Notes under the pieces: generated by a model | Databases searched by the model: none | Told to the model about the DNA's origin: nothing | The model's input: the letters and a program-made list of their open reading frames with translations, nothing else | Shown: one piece after another, positions 27,935 to 37,431 of the stretch | Position numbering within the stretch: the first letter of the stretch is position 1 | Layout of the letters: each line of letters opens with the position of its first letter | Program-made: the position numbers and the translations under genes | From: Candidatus Omnitrophica bacterium UBA6215 | Lineage (GTDB): Bacteria > Omnitrophota > Gorgyraeia > Pluralincolimonadales > Pluralincolimonadaceae | Length of the DNA stretch: 64,000 nucleotides | Assembly: GCA_002421665.1 (NCBI GenBank) | Contig: DISH01000006.1 | Coordinates: forward strand, 153,784-217,783 | Direction: 5' to 3'

Positions 27935-29002
27935 TTATTTCCTGAAAAGCCTGTCAAGGTCGTCGGGATCGCTGCTGCGCAGTATCGCGTCCTCATAAGA
28001 TATCAGTTTCCTGCTGTACAGTTCGAAGAGGGTCTGGTTCATCGTCCTCATCCCCTCCTTCTGGCTCGTCTGGATCACCGAATAAAGTTGGTGCGTCTTC
28101 GCTTCCCTTATGAGGCTGCGGACCGCTGGAGTTGCTATAAGCACCTCGGTTGCCAGTACCCTCCCCTGGCCGTTCGCCTTCGGTATAAGCTGCTGCGCCA
28201 TAATACCAAGCAGCACGAAAGAAAGCTGGACCCTTACCTGCTGCTGCTGGTGTGAAGGAAAGACATCGATGACCCTGTTTATAGTCTGGACGGAATCTGA
28301 GGTGTGGAGAGTAGAAAAGACCAGATGGCCCGTCTCGGCGATATCAAGCGCCGCCTCGATAGTCTCGAGGTCGCGCATCTCACCGATAAGTATGACGTTA
28401 GGATCCTGCCTCAACACGTGCTTTAGCGATTGCGCAAAAGACTGGGTATCGCTTCCTACTTCTCTCTGATCGACCAGGGCCTTCTTGTTCTTATGGACAT
28501 ACTCTATAGGGTCCTCTATTATGACTATATGGCAATTCCTCTCGGAATTTATTTTATCGACCATTGAGGCGAGTGTCGTCGACTTTCCGCTTCCGGTCGC
28601 TCCCGTGACAAGCACAAGCCCCCTGGGCCTTTTGCAGAGGTCTTCGGCAACATTTAGCGGCAGACCGCATTCTTCGAAATTCATTATATGGAGAGGCAGG
28701 AGCCTCACAGCCGCTCCGGTATATCCCCTCTGTACGAATACATTGACCCTGAAACGGCCCAGGCCTTCGATGCCGAACGAGACATCAAGTTCCATCTCGC
28801 GCTCAAACTTCTCTATCTGCGCCGGTTTGAGCATGCTGTATGCAAGCCTCTTAGAATCTTCTGCGCCAAGAGGCGGGAATTCCGTAGGCACGAGTTTCTC
28901 ATCTATCCTTAATTGCGGCGGGGAAGAATATGAGATATGAAGGTCTGACGCGCCCTTTTGGACCATCAGTTTAAGCAATGACTCTATCTGGACGTTAACC
29001 AT
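27935..29002 (-). CDS. pilT: Twitching-motility retraction ATPase PilT
   Basis: 355 aa. GLVLVTGATGSGKSTT Walker A. AIRNLIRE-like motif (AVRSLIRE). PilT size, lacking the N-terminal domain of PilB. Confidence 0.9.
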   Translation of the reverse strand: MVNVQIESLLKLMVQKGASDLHISYSSPPQLRIDEKLVPTEFPPLGAEDSKRLAYSMLKPAQIEKFEREMELDVSFGIEGLGRFRVNVFVQRGYTGAAVRLLPLHIMNFEECGLPLNVAEDLCKRPRGLVLVTGATGSGKSTTLASMVDKINSERNCHIVIIEDPIEYVHKNKKALVDQREVGSDTQSFAQSLKHVLRQDPNVILIGEMRDLETIEAALDIAETGHLVFSTLHTSDSVQTINRVIDVFPSHQQQQVRVQLSFVLLGIMAQQLIPKANGQGRVLATEVLIATPAVRSLIREAKTHQLYSVIQTSQKEGMRTMNQTLFELYSRKLISYEDAILRSSDPDDLDRLFRK

Positions 29003-29016
29003 TGAACCTCCTTAAA

Positions 29017-30462
29017 TTATGAGATGACCAGATTTTTGCCGCGCGATTTAGCTTCATTGAGCCCGGACGTTGCCTTATTTACGAGCTCCTGCGCGGTAAC
29101 TCCGTCAATAGGGTTCTCGCTCACACCCCCGCTTACGGTAACAAAATTCCTTGGATAACCCTGGCCTCCCGATATGCCGAAAGCCTCAACCCTTTGCTTC
29201 AGGGCTTCGGCTATGGTATTCGCCTGTTTCTTGTTCTTCTCAGGCAATATGACCGCGAACGTGTCCCCGCTTAGTCTTCCGACCCTGTCAACTTCAGTAA
29301 CGTTCGACTCAATGACCTTGCCTATCTTCTTTATGGTCTCTTCCGAGGCGAGTTCCCCATTTATATCCCTGTAAAGGTTAAGATCATCTATATTGAATAT
29401 AAGAAAAGAACACGGCCGCTGGTACAGGACCGCCCTTTTTATCTCCTCTTCAAGGCGGTTCATTATGAATTTCTCGTTATAAAGCCCGGTCAGTTCGTCT
29501 TTAATGGCAAGTTCCTTTGCCTTCGCGGTAAGCAATTCATTCTCGACGGCAATGGCTATCTGTTTGGAAAAAAGCTTTATGAGCTCAACGTCATCTTCCT
29601 TGAATTCGAAATCGGAATCGGCATTTCCGTAGCTGAGCATGCCGAATCCTACGCCATGCGCCATTACCGGGGAGAGGATACAGTTCTTAAGGTCGAAGAA
29701 CTTCAGGAATTCCTCCATCTCCGATGACAACCTTGAACGCCTGTCTATAACGGCTATCTTGCTCTCGGCCAGAAGCTTGCCGAGGTAACCCACCCCCCTC
29801 TTAAGCTTGAAAGACAGGAGGCTTTCCTTGAGATTGTGGCTGGCCTTGATCGCCAGGGTATCCTTCTCCTCGCTAAGCATAACAAAGACCGAATCATCGT
29901 CGGAAAGCTGGGCTATTTTATCTATTACTATCTTTATGGTCTCCTCGAGGGGGGATCCTTGTGTTATAAGGCTGCTTACCTGCAAAAGGCTGGAAAGGAC
30001 AAGGACCTTTTTGCTGATCTCAACGTTTATCTCCTTGGTCCTCTCTCCGTATGACCTGAGCTCATCCATGTTCTCGCGTATCCTGCGGGTCAGGACATTG
30101 AGCGTGGAACCGAGATCACCTATCTCATCCTCGCTCCTGACGTTAATATTGCTGGAGAAATCCCCCTTGGCTATATCCTTGGCCTTGAGGGCCATATCTA
30201 TTATCGGAGAGACTATGTCGCGGACTATCTTGAAACCGAGGAGCGCTATTATTATAGTTATTACGAGGACGGAAGAAACGTCTTTAAGCTCTACATTGGG
30301 GTCGCCTATAAGGTTAAGGAAAGGGAATATGTAGTTCAGGAACAGGTATACACATATTGCCATCGGTATGAGGGACATAAGGACGAAGGCAACCGTAAGC
30401 TTGTAACGCAAACCTGCGGGGACCAGTGACAGCTTTTTAATAAATCCTGTCATCTTTATCAT
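29017..30462 (-). CDS. Membrane HAMP-GAF protein with degenerate GGDEF domain (SGDTF; I-site lost)
   Basis: 481 aa. Two N-terminal TM segments. HAMP (IAKGDFSSNINVRSEDEIGDLGSTLNVL). GAF. GGDEF fold in which the active-site motif is RLSGDTF instead of GG[DE]EF, and the RxxD I-site position reads TEVD. Confidence 0.75.
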   Translation of the reverse strand: MIKMTGFIKKLSLVPAGLRYKLTVAFVLMSLIPMAICVYLFLNYIFPFLNLIGDPNVELKDVSSVLVITIIIALLGFKIVRDIVSPIIDMALKAKDIAKGDFSSNINVRSEDEIGDLGSTLNVLTRRIRENMDELRSYGERTKEINVEISKKVLVLSSLLQVSSLITQGSPLEETIKIVIDKIAQLSDDDSVFVMLSEEKDTLAIKASHNLKESLLSFKLKRGVGYLGKLLAESKIAVIDRRSRLSSEMEEFLKFFDLKNCILSPVMAHGVGFGMLSYGNADSDFEFKEDDVELIKLFSKQIAIAVENELLTAKAKELAIKDELTGLYNEKFIMNRLEEEIKRAVLYQRPCSFLIFNIDDLNLYRDINGELASEETIKKIGKVIESNVTEVDRVGRLSGDTFAVILPEKNKKQANTIAEALKQRVEAFGISGGQGYPRNFVTVSGGVSENPIDGVTAQELVNKATSGLNEAKSRGKNLVIS

Positions 30463-30486
30463 CTCCCTTCTTAATTATTAGTAAAA

Positions 30487-30515
30487 AGTATACTCTTAAC
30501 TAAATTAAGTGTCAA
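30487..30515 (-). promoter_or_regulatory. Consensus sigma70 promoter for the HAMP-GAF-GGDEF gene
   Basis: TTGACA, 17 nt, TATACT, then SD aagggag and the ATG at 30462. Confidence 0.55.
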
Positions 30516-30521
30516 ACATAT

Positions 30522-32156
30522 TTATCTAAATTCGATGAACTGCCAGGGCAGGTCCTCTTCTAACCCGCGCTCTCTCAATGAATAAGATTCATGGTCCAAA
30601 CCTGAGTCGCTGAAAGCACGCATCCACCTCTGAAAATCGAAATACTCCCTCCAGCTGTCGAATTTTGAGCCGTTTTTCCACGCAGAATATATTGCCCTGG
30701 AGAGAGACCTGTCACCTCTGGCCAAAACAGCCTCTATATAGCTCATCTCGGCATCATGGAAATTGAACCTGACACGGCTCCCTTTCGCCTTATCCCTGAT
30801 ATAACGCTGCCTCCTTAGGGCCTCCTCAAAGGGTATCATGGGTTTCCGCTCGAAACGCGTATGGGGCTTTGGAACGAATATGGATACCGAAGCGTTTATC
30901 TCCGCAGCACGTCCGTCCACCCTCTTCTTTACCTCGGATATCTCCTTCGCCAGGGAAACCATGGCATCAAGGTCGGAATCGTCCTCTCCGGGCAAACCTA
31001 TCATGAAATACAGCTTGACCCTTCGCCATTTATTCCTGAACGCCTGGTAAGCGCATTCTTTAAGCGCATCGACCGGGACGTTCTTGTTTATCGCCTTCCT
31101 CATCTTGTCGCTGCCTACCTCGGGGGCGAACGTAAGCCCGGTATGCCTTCCGGAAGTCAGCTCAAGAGGAAAAGAGCTCGTCATCTCCTCCGCCCTGAGC
31201 GACGGGAAAGATATGCTGACAGCCTTATCCCGAAAAGATTGCGTCAATGATCTTATTATCTCCATTATCTGAGGATGGTCCCCGGAAGAAAGCGATACCA
31301 GAGATATCTCATCATAACCGGTATTCCTGTAAGTCTCTTCGGCTATCTTTAAGACCTTTTCCATTGAGCGGAAACGGTTAGGCCTGTATATCGCGCAGGC
31401 CTGGCAGAAATTGCACGCCCTCCTGCAGCCGCGCATCACTTCTACCTGGATCCTGTCATGTACAATATCTATGAACGGAACAACGGGCTTCACCGGAAAA
31501 TAAGCGTTATCCAGGTTTGCAACGGTCCTCTTCTTCACTTTTGACGGGAAGACAGGCACATAAACCCCTTCTATACCGGAAAGCGAACGCAACATTTCCA
31601 GCCTTGGAAGGCGGTCCTTCTTCGCCTTTATGACCGCATCTACGATCTCCGGCACCGCTTCTTCGCCTTCGCCGATAAGGAAACAATCGAAGAAATCGGC
31701 GACAGGTTCGGGGTTGAACGCGCACGGGCCGCCGCCCATGACAACGGGGTCGGTTTCTGCTCGCTCGCTGCTGAGAACCGGTATTCCGGAAAGGTCCAGC
31801 ATATTCAATATGTTGGTATATGAAAGCTCATATTGGAGGGAAAAACCTACTATATCGAAATCGCCGACGGCCTTCTTCGATTCAAGGGAAAAGAGCGGCA
31901 TCCCCCGCTCACGGAGGACTTTTTCCATGTCGTGCCAGGGAGCAAATACCCGCTCGCAGGCTGTATCATCCCTGTCATTAAGGAGAGAATACAATATCTT
32001 GAGACCGAGGTGGCTCATGCCCACCTCGTAAGTATCCGGGAAACATAACGCGACCCTGCATACTATACCGTCACTGCCCTTTACGACACTGTTCCATTCC
32101 CCTCCCGTATAACGCGCTGGTTTCGTGACGCCGAGAAGTGCATCATCCGGCAGCAT
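30522..32156 (-). CDS. TIGR03960-type radical SAM protein (B12-binding-like N-domain + radical SAM core), function unknown
   Basis: 544 aa. KPARYTGGEWN start typical of the family. CxxxCxxC cluster CRRACNFCQAC. Its ATG overlaps the rodA stop. Confidence 0.7.
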   Translation of the reverse strand: MLPDDALLGVTKPARYTGGEWNSVVKGSDGIVCRVALCFPDTYEVGMSHLGLKILYSLLNDRDDTACERVFAPWHDMEKVLRERGMPLFSLESKKAVGDFDIVGFSLQYELSYTNILNMLDLSGIPVLSSERAETDPVVMGGGPCAFNPEPVADFFDCFLIGEGEEAVPEIVDAVIKAKKDRLPRLEMLRSLSGIEGVYVPVFPSKVKKRTVANLDNAYFPVKPVVPFIDIVHDRIQVEVMRGCRRACNFCQACAIYRPNRFRSMEKVLKIAEETYRNTGYDEISLVSLSSGDHPQIMEIIRSLTQSFRDKAVSISFPSLRAEEMTSSFPLELTSGRHTGLTFAPEVGSDKMRKAINKNVPVDALKECAYQAFRNKWRRVKLYFMIGLPGEDDSDLDAMVSLAKEISEVKKRVDGRAAEINASVSIFVPKPHTRFERKPMIPFEEALRRQRYIRDKAKGSRVRFNFHDAEMSYIEAVLARGDRSLSRAIYSAWKNGSKFDSWREYFDFQRWMRAFSDSGLDHESYSLRERGLEEDLPWQFIEFR

Positions 32157-33256
32157 TAAAAGACTTTCCTCTTATTCTTTATGCTCTCGAGGATGCCTAC
32201 ACTGCCGAGGGCCATCATAAGGAAGGAACCGCCGTATGACATGAAAGGCAGGGGCAGGCCCACGACCGGCATAAGGCCGCAAACCATGCCTATATTCACC
32301 ACCACATGGACGGCAAATACCGTTACTATACCGTAAGCCAGGGTCTTGCCGTATATATCGCTTGTTGTCTCTGCTATCCTGACGCCTTTTTCCACGAATT
32401 TGTAATACAGAAATATCAATATGGCCCCTCCCAGGAAGCCCCATTCCTCTCCAACTACCGAGAAGATAAAATCAGTATGCCTCTCCGGGAGGAAGTTCAA
32501 TTGGTTCTGTGTGCCGCTCAGCCAGCCTTTACCAAAGAGCCCGCCCGAACCTATGGCTATCTTGGACTGGATAATAGTATATCCGGCGCCAAGGGGATCG
32601 AGATTCGGGTTCATGAACACCATAAGCCTGTTCCTCTGGTAATCTTTCAGAAAAAACCAGAGTAGCGGCGCGCAGGCTAACCCGGAACCTATGAATATGA
32701 GCAGGTATTTGACCCTCGCTCCCGCTATGAGCAGCATGGTAAGAAGGACCGGCAGGAAGATAAGCGCAGTCCCAAGGTCCGGTTCCTTGAATATCAAGAG
32801 CATGGGCACAACGGCCATCGCGAACGGGATCGCAAGGGTCTTTGGATTGGCTATCTCGTCTTTAACGTCCCCTAGATATTTAGCCAGCGCGAAGATGAAT
32901 GTGATCTTGGCGAATTCCGACGGTTGGAACGCGAAAAAACCGAAATCTATCCATCTCCTGGCACCGTAACGTACATCGCCTATGACAAGTACAAGCAACA
33001 GCAGCAGGATATTTATCCCGAATATATAATAACCGAAGTCCACTATCCTCTGGTAGCCGGCCCTAAAAACGAAAAAAGCTATGATGACCCCTATTATTCC
33101 CGACTGGAACTGTTTCATGGCGAGGTTAGAGCCGGAAAGGGCGTATTTTTGGTATGAGGCGCTGTAGATCATGAACAGGCCCATGAGTATTATGGCAGCG
33201 ACTATAAATACCAGCCCGTAATCAAACTCCCCTTTTCCCTTCTGTCCGTATCTCAT
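32156..33256 (-). CDS. mrdB: SEDS glycosyltransferase RodA
   Basis: FtsW/RodA family with ~10 TM segments. Directly downstream of mrdA. Confidence 0.8.
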   Translation of the reverse strand: MRYGQKGKGEFDYGLVFIVAAIILMGLFMIYSASYQKYALSGSNLAMKQFQSGIIGVIIAFFVFRAGYQRIVDFGYYIFGINILLLLLVLVIGDVRYGARRWIDFGFFAFQPSEFAKITFIFALAKYLGDVKDEIANPKTLAIPFAMAVVPMLLIFKEPDLGTALIFLPVLLTMLLIAGARVKYLLIFIGSGLACAPLLWFFLKDYQRNRLMVFMNPNLDPLGAGYTIIQSKIAIGSGGLFGKGWLSGTQNQLNFLPERHTDFIFSVVGEEWGFLGGAILIFLYYKFVEKGVRIAETTSDIYGKTLAYGIVTVFAVHVVVNIGMVCGLMPVVGLPLPFMSYGGSFLMMALGSVGILESIKNKRKVF

Positions 33257-34977
33257 TTTAACAGGTCCGTATTGTCTTTCGTGAACTCTATGATCTTCTT
33301 CGCTATATCGGCCGCGGCCACGCCGCCGTGGCCTCCGTTCTCAACCATCACCACGAACGCAAGCTTAGGGTCGTCCGCCGGGGCAAAACCCATGAACCAT
33401 GCATGAGGGTCCCCCCGGGGCGCCTGTGCCGTCCCGGTCTTCGCGGCTATCTTCATCCCGGGGATCCTTGCCCTCTGCCCGGTGCCGGTATCGGACTCGA
33501 CTACATTCACCATGGCGGACTTTATGAATTTGACGGCATCATTCGACATCGGAATAATCCTGGGTTTCTGTGCAGTCACTTCCGTATCGCCTATCTTCTT
33601 GATAAGGTGCGGGCGCGGAGCGCTGCCTTCGGCCGCGAATATGGCCGCTACCTCCGTCATCTGCAAGGGCGTCACAAGGACATCACCCTGGCCTATAGAG
33701 AAATTTATAGTCTCTCCCTCATACCAGTTTTGCCCGCGGTTCGCTTTTTTCCAGGCCGGGTTAGGTATAAGGCCGCCGTATTCACCTGAAAGGTCGATAC
33801 CCGTAGGTTTATTGAGTCCCAACCTCTGGGCGTAATCCGAGATCACGTCAGGACCGAGTTTCCGCCCGAGATTATAGAAATACACATTGCACGAATGCGT
33901 CAGGGCATCCCCCATGTCCTGCGGGCCGTGTCCCGTAAGTTTCCAACAGTCGAATTCGCGCTTGCCGAGGAAATATGTTCCCGAGCAGACAAAAGTCGTA
34001 TGCTTCGATACCTTCTTTGTCTCGAGACCGGCAAGCGATAATATTACCTTGAATATCGATCCCGGCGGGTATTGTCCGTTTATCGTGCGGTTCAGCATTG
34101 GCGTGGACGAAGATATCATGTATCCGGATATTACATCGTTCTTTCCGGGTTCGATGAACACGTTGGGATCGAATGAGGGCGACGATGCCATGGCGAGTAT
34201 ATCCCCGGTTCTTGGGTCCATGACTACCGCAGAGGCCCTTTTACCCTCAAGGCAGTCGGCCGTATAAGCCTGCAGTTTCGCATCTATAGTTAGGGTTATA
34301 TCCCTGCCTTTCTTCTGGTTCTTGCTGCCGAGTATCCTCACCAGCCTTCCGGAGGCGTCAACCTCAAGCTGCATACCGCCATCCTCGCCCTTAAGGTACC
34401 TGTCATATTCCTTTTCTATTCCCGATCGCCCGACAAGATCGCTTACGGAATATCCGTAATCCCCGAGCCTGTCGAGCTCCGCCTTGTTGATCAGGCCAAG
34501 GTAACCTATGACATGGGCCGCCCTTTCGCCGTATATATACCACCTTATGGTCCTGGGCAGCACAAGCACTCCCGGCAGCTCCTGCTTCCTCTCCTCGATG
34601 GAAAAAGCCAGGTCTTTATCCACGTCCCCGGCTATGGTTATCGGGGCAAAGGGCGCGATATATTCTTTTTTTACTATGGACTCGACACGGGACTTTGATA
34701 TGCCCAGAGTATTAGCCAGGCCGCCGTAGGTCTTATCGGAATTCTCAACTTCCTGGGGAATTATCACCACGTCAAAAGAAAGCCTGTTATCGACCATAGC
34801 AAGACCGTTGCGGTCATATATCGTGCCCCGCAACCCAGGGAAAGGAATAAGCCTTATATGGTTATTCTTGGCAAGTGTGTGGTATAACGGCCATCTCAAT
34901 ATCTGCAGGTAGAAGATACCTGCGAGTATGCCCAGAAAAGCCACGTTGATCACAATTGAATATATCCTGCTTCGCAT
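33253..34977 (-). CDS. mrdA: Penicillin-binding protein 2 (elongasome transpeptidase)
   Basis: 574 aa. PBP dimerisation domain plus transpeptidase motifs SIFK (SxxK), SCN (SxN) and KTGTA. Confidence 0.85.
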   Translation of the reverse strand: MRSRIYSIVINVAFLGILAGIFYLQILRWPLYHTLAKNNHIRLIPFPGLRGTIYDRNGLAMVDNRLSFDVVIIPQEVENSDKTYGGLANTLGISKSRVESIVKKEYIAPFAPITIAGDVDKDLAFSIEERKQELPGVLVLPRTIRWYIYGERAAHVIGYLGLINKAELDRLGDYGYSVSDLVGRSGIEKEYDRYLKGEDGGMQLEVDASGRLVRILGSKNQKKGRDITLTIDAKLQAYTADCLEGKRASAVVMDPRTGDILAMASSPSFDPNVFIEPGKNDVISGYMISSSTPMLNRTINGQYPPGSIFKVILSLAGLETKKVSKHTTFVCSGTYFLGKREFDCWKLTGHGPQDMGDALTHSCNVYFYNLGRKLGPDVISDYAQRLGLNKPTGIDLSGEYGGLIPNPAWKKANRGQNWYEGETINFSIGQGDVLVTPLQMTEVAAIFAAEGSAPRPHLIKKIGDTEVTAQKPRIIPMSNDAVKFIKSAMVNVVESDTGTGQRARIPGMKIAAKTGTAQAPRGDPHAWFMGFAPADDPKLAFVVMVENGGHGGVAAADIAKKIIEFTKDNTDLLK

Positions 34978-34984
34978 TTAAATC

Positions 34985-35515
34985 CTATTGAGGACGGCGT
35001 CCCTCGTATACCTTCTTCTTAAATATGATCTCCCTGTAGTCGAGTTCGACAGGGGGAATAAGTGTCTCAAGCAGCCTGAATACGAACGGAGCGAGCGCCG
35101 CAGTATAAAGGGCAGTCGGCACCGAAAAGAATATCACCGCTTTATAGTACGGGAAGCCTTTGGAAGATATCAGGATATCGTATATAAGCGATACGAACAT
35201 TACGGAGAGCGCCGCGAGTATCATTTGGGCCGAAACCAGGTTCCTGTAAAGGGCCTCCTTGTACATGCCTGCAGCAAAACCCACTGCACCGAAAAGTAAA
35301 ATGACCAAAGGGTGCATTCCGGTAAAAGCTACTTTTAACAACCCGGCAGTAAACCCGCATAAGGCGCCTTTCCTTCTGTTGGAGTTCAGTGCAAAGAATA
35401 ACACGCCCACAAGCATCAACTCCGGGCTGACTCCCAACAATTTTACGTAATTATGGCAGGCGGCTTCCAATATCGACATTACGGCAAGTGTTGTAATTAT
35501 GGATAGCCAGCTCAT
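34985..35515 (-). CDS. mreD: Rod shape-determining protein MreD
   Basis: 176-aa polytopic membrane protein located between mreC and mrdA. Confidence 0.6.
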   Translation of the reverse strand: MSWLSIITTLAVMSILEAACHNYVKLLGVSPELMLVGVLFFALNSNRRKGALCGFTAGLLKVAFTGMHPLVILLFGAVGFAAGMYKEALYRNLVSAQMILAALSVMFVSLIYDILISSKGFPYYKAVIFFSVPTALYTAALAPFVFRLLETLIPPVELDYREIIFKKKVYEGRRPQ

Positions 35516-36291
35516 TCTACGGCAAGCACCTCCTCGACAGCCATCGCATTGAACGCGGGCTCTATGACCGCGAACCGATACATCCCGTTGAGCTCCATCT
35601 TAACGTCTATGACCTTCCCTACAAGAAAACCGGAAGGATATACGTCACTTAACCCCGAAGTGACTACGGTATCGCCCGTCTTTATGTCCGCATCCCTGGC
35701 GATGAATTTAATTATACAGCGTCCGTGGGCAATACCGTACATAAGCCCTCCGGCCCTTCCCCTCTGGGAGACTACCGATACCCTTATCTCCGGGTCCGTT
35801 ATCAGGGAAACCCTAGAGCTGCCTATACCCACGGCGGTCACCTTGCCTATCACAACCCCGTCTGCAATTACAGCCATCCCCGTCTTCATGCCGTTGCGCG
35901 AACCTTTGCCGATAACGATGCTTTCTCCCCAATTGGAAAAATCCCTGCCGGTTACTTTAGCTGCAACCGCACGCTTGGATATCCTGTCCTTGAGCGAAAG
36001 AAGTTCCTTAAGCCTCTTATTCTCGGCGACGGCTTCATCCATAGCCGCGGCCCTTGAACTGAGGGCGGTTATGTCTCTCTTAAGTTTTAAGTTCTCCTTG
36101 GCAATGCTCTTGAAATGCAGGAGCTCATAGCCTGTCTGAAAAATAACGGACGCGACTTTTGTCGGGAAACTCAATATGGAATACAGGCTCAAGGAAGCAC
36201 CTTTTGTGAAGGACCCGGATATAACAAGCAGGAGTATCAGGAAAGATATTGCGGAAATGGCGATTAAATGCTTACTCTGGAATTTTCTCAC
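35512..36291 (-). CDS. mreC: Rod shape-determining protein MreC
   Basis: TM, then a coiled coil, then tandem beta domains (GMAVIADGVVIGKVTAVG...). Confidence 0.8.
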   Translation of the reverse strand: MRKFQSKHLIAISAISFLILLLVISGSFTKGASLSLYSILSFPTKVASVIFQTGYELLHFKSIAKENLKLKRDITALSSRAAAMDEAVAENKRLKELLSLKDRISKRAVAAKVTGRDFSNWGESIVIGKGSRNGMKTGMAVIADGVVIGKVTAVGIGSSRVSLITDPEIRVSVVSQRGRAGGLMYGIAHGRCIIKFIARDADIKTGDTVVTSGLSDVYPSGFLVGKVIDVKMELNGMYRFAVIEPAFNAMAVEEVLAVE

Positions 36292-36296
36292 ATCTT

Positions 36297-37376
36297 CTAC
36301 TGGGATTCAGGAGTCTTCGAAGCCGTCGTAACGGTGACCTTCTTAAGATATTTTATCTCGCTTAAAACCATACCCGTGCCTAAGGCAACTGCGGTTATCG
36401 GATCTTCGGCGATATGGACCGGGAGTCCTGTCTGCTCGGAAAGCAATTTATCAAGCCCCCTTAGAAGTCCGCCGCCGCCGGCCAGTACCATGCCCCGCTC
36501 TATGAGGTCCGCCGAAAGTTCGGGAGGTGTGCGTTCAAGTGTTATCCTCACCGCCTCCACTATCGCGGCAGTAGGCTCTGCAAGAGCCTCCCTGATCTCT
36601 TCGGACGATATGGTCACTGTCTTAGGAAGGCCGGCCACTAGATCGCGGCCGCGTACTTCCATTGTCGCTTCCTCTTCCACGGGGTACGCCGAACCAATCT
36701 TTATCTTGATCTCCTCGGCCGTGCGTTCGCCGATCATGAGATTATAGGTCTTCCTGAGGTGCTGGATTATAGCGTCGTCCATCTCGTCGCCGCCGATACG
36801 TATGGATTTGGAAAAAACAACATCGGAGAGCGAGACAACAGCCATCTCGGTAGTACCTCCGCCGATATCTATTATCATGTTCCCGGCAGGTTCCTGTATC
36901 GGCAAGCCGACACCTATAGCGGCTGCTATAGGTTCTTCCACCAGATATACTTCGCGCGCACCCGCCCTCTCTGCAGAATCCTTTACGGCGCGTTTCTCTA
37001 CCTCGGTTATACCGGAAGGTATAGCTATGACCATACGGGGCCTTACCAGAACCCTCCTATTATGCACTTTATTAATAAAATAACGGAGCATCGCTTCGGT
37101 TATCTCAAAATCCGCGATCACTCCGTCCTTCATGGGCCTTATAGCCACTATCGACCCGGGCGTACGGCCTAACATGCGTTTCGCCTCTTCGCCAACCGCC
37201 AGGACATGATTGGTTCCCTTCTCTATGGCTACGACGGAAGGCTCACAAAGCACTATACCCTGGCCCTTTACATAGACAAGGGTGCTCGCCGTGCCGAGAT
37301 CAATGCCCATGTCGTTAGAGAACATGCCTGATACATTGTTGAACCCTCTCTTTACGACATCGAATGGCTTATTCAT
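36297..37376 (-). CDS. mreB: Actin homolog MreB
   Basis: [12 protein letters not shown]...VVAIEKG. Start set at MNKPFDV (ATG 37376..37374), which has a perfect AGGAGG 6 nt upstream. Confidence 0.9.
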   Translation of the reverse strand: MNKPFDVVKRGFNNVSGMFSNDMGIDLGTASTLVYVKGQGIVLCEPSVVAIEKGTNHVLAVGEEAKRMLGRTPGSIVAIRPMKDGVIADFEITEAMLRYFINKVHNRRVLVRPRMVIAIPSGITEVEKRAVKDSAERAGAREVYLVEEPIAAAIGVGLPIQEPAGNMIIDIGGGTTEMAVVSLSDVVFSKSIRIGGDEMDDAIIQHLRKTYNLMIGERTAEEIKIKIGSAYPVEEEATMEVRGRDLVAGLPKTVTISSEEIREALAEPTAAIVEAVRITLERTPPELSADLIERGMVLAGGGGLLRGLDKLLSEQTGLPVHIAEDPITAVALGTGMVLSEIKYLKKVTVTTASKTPESQ

Positions 37377-37431
37377 TACCAATCCTCCTGGTAATTTAAA
37401 AGAATACCAAACCACAGTCTAAAAGTCAACT

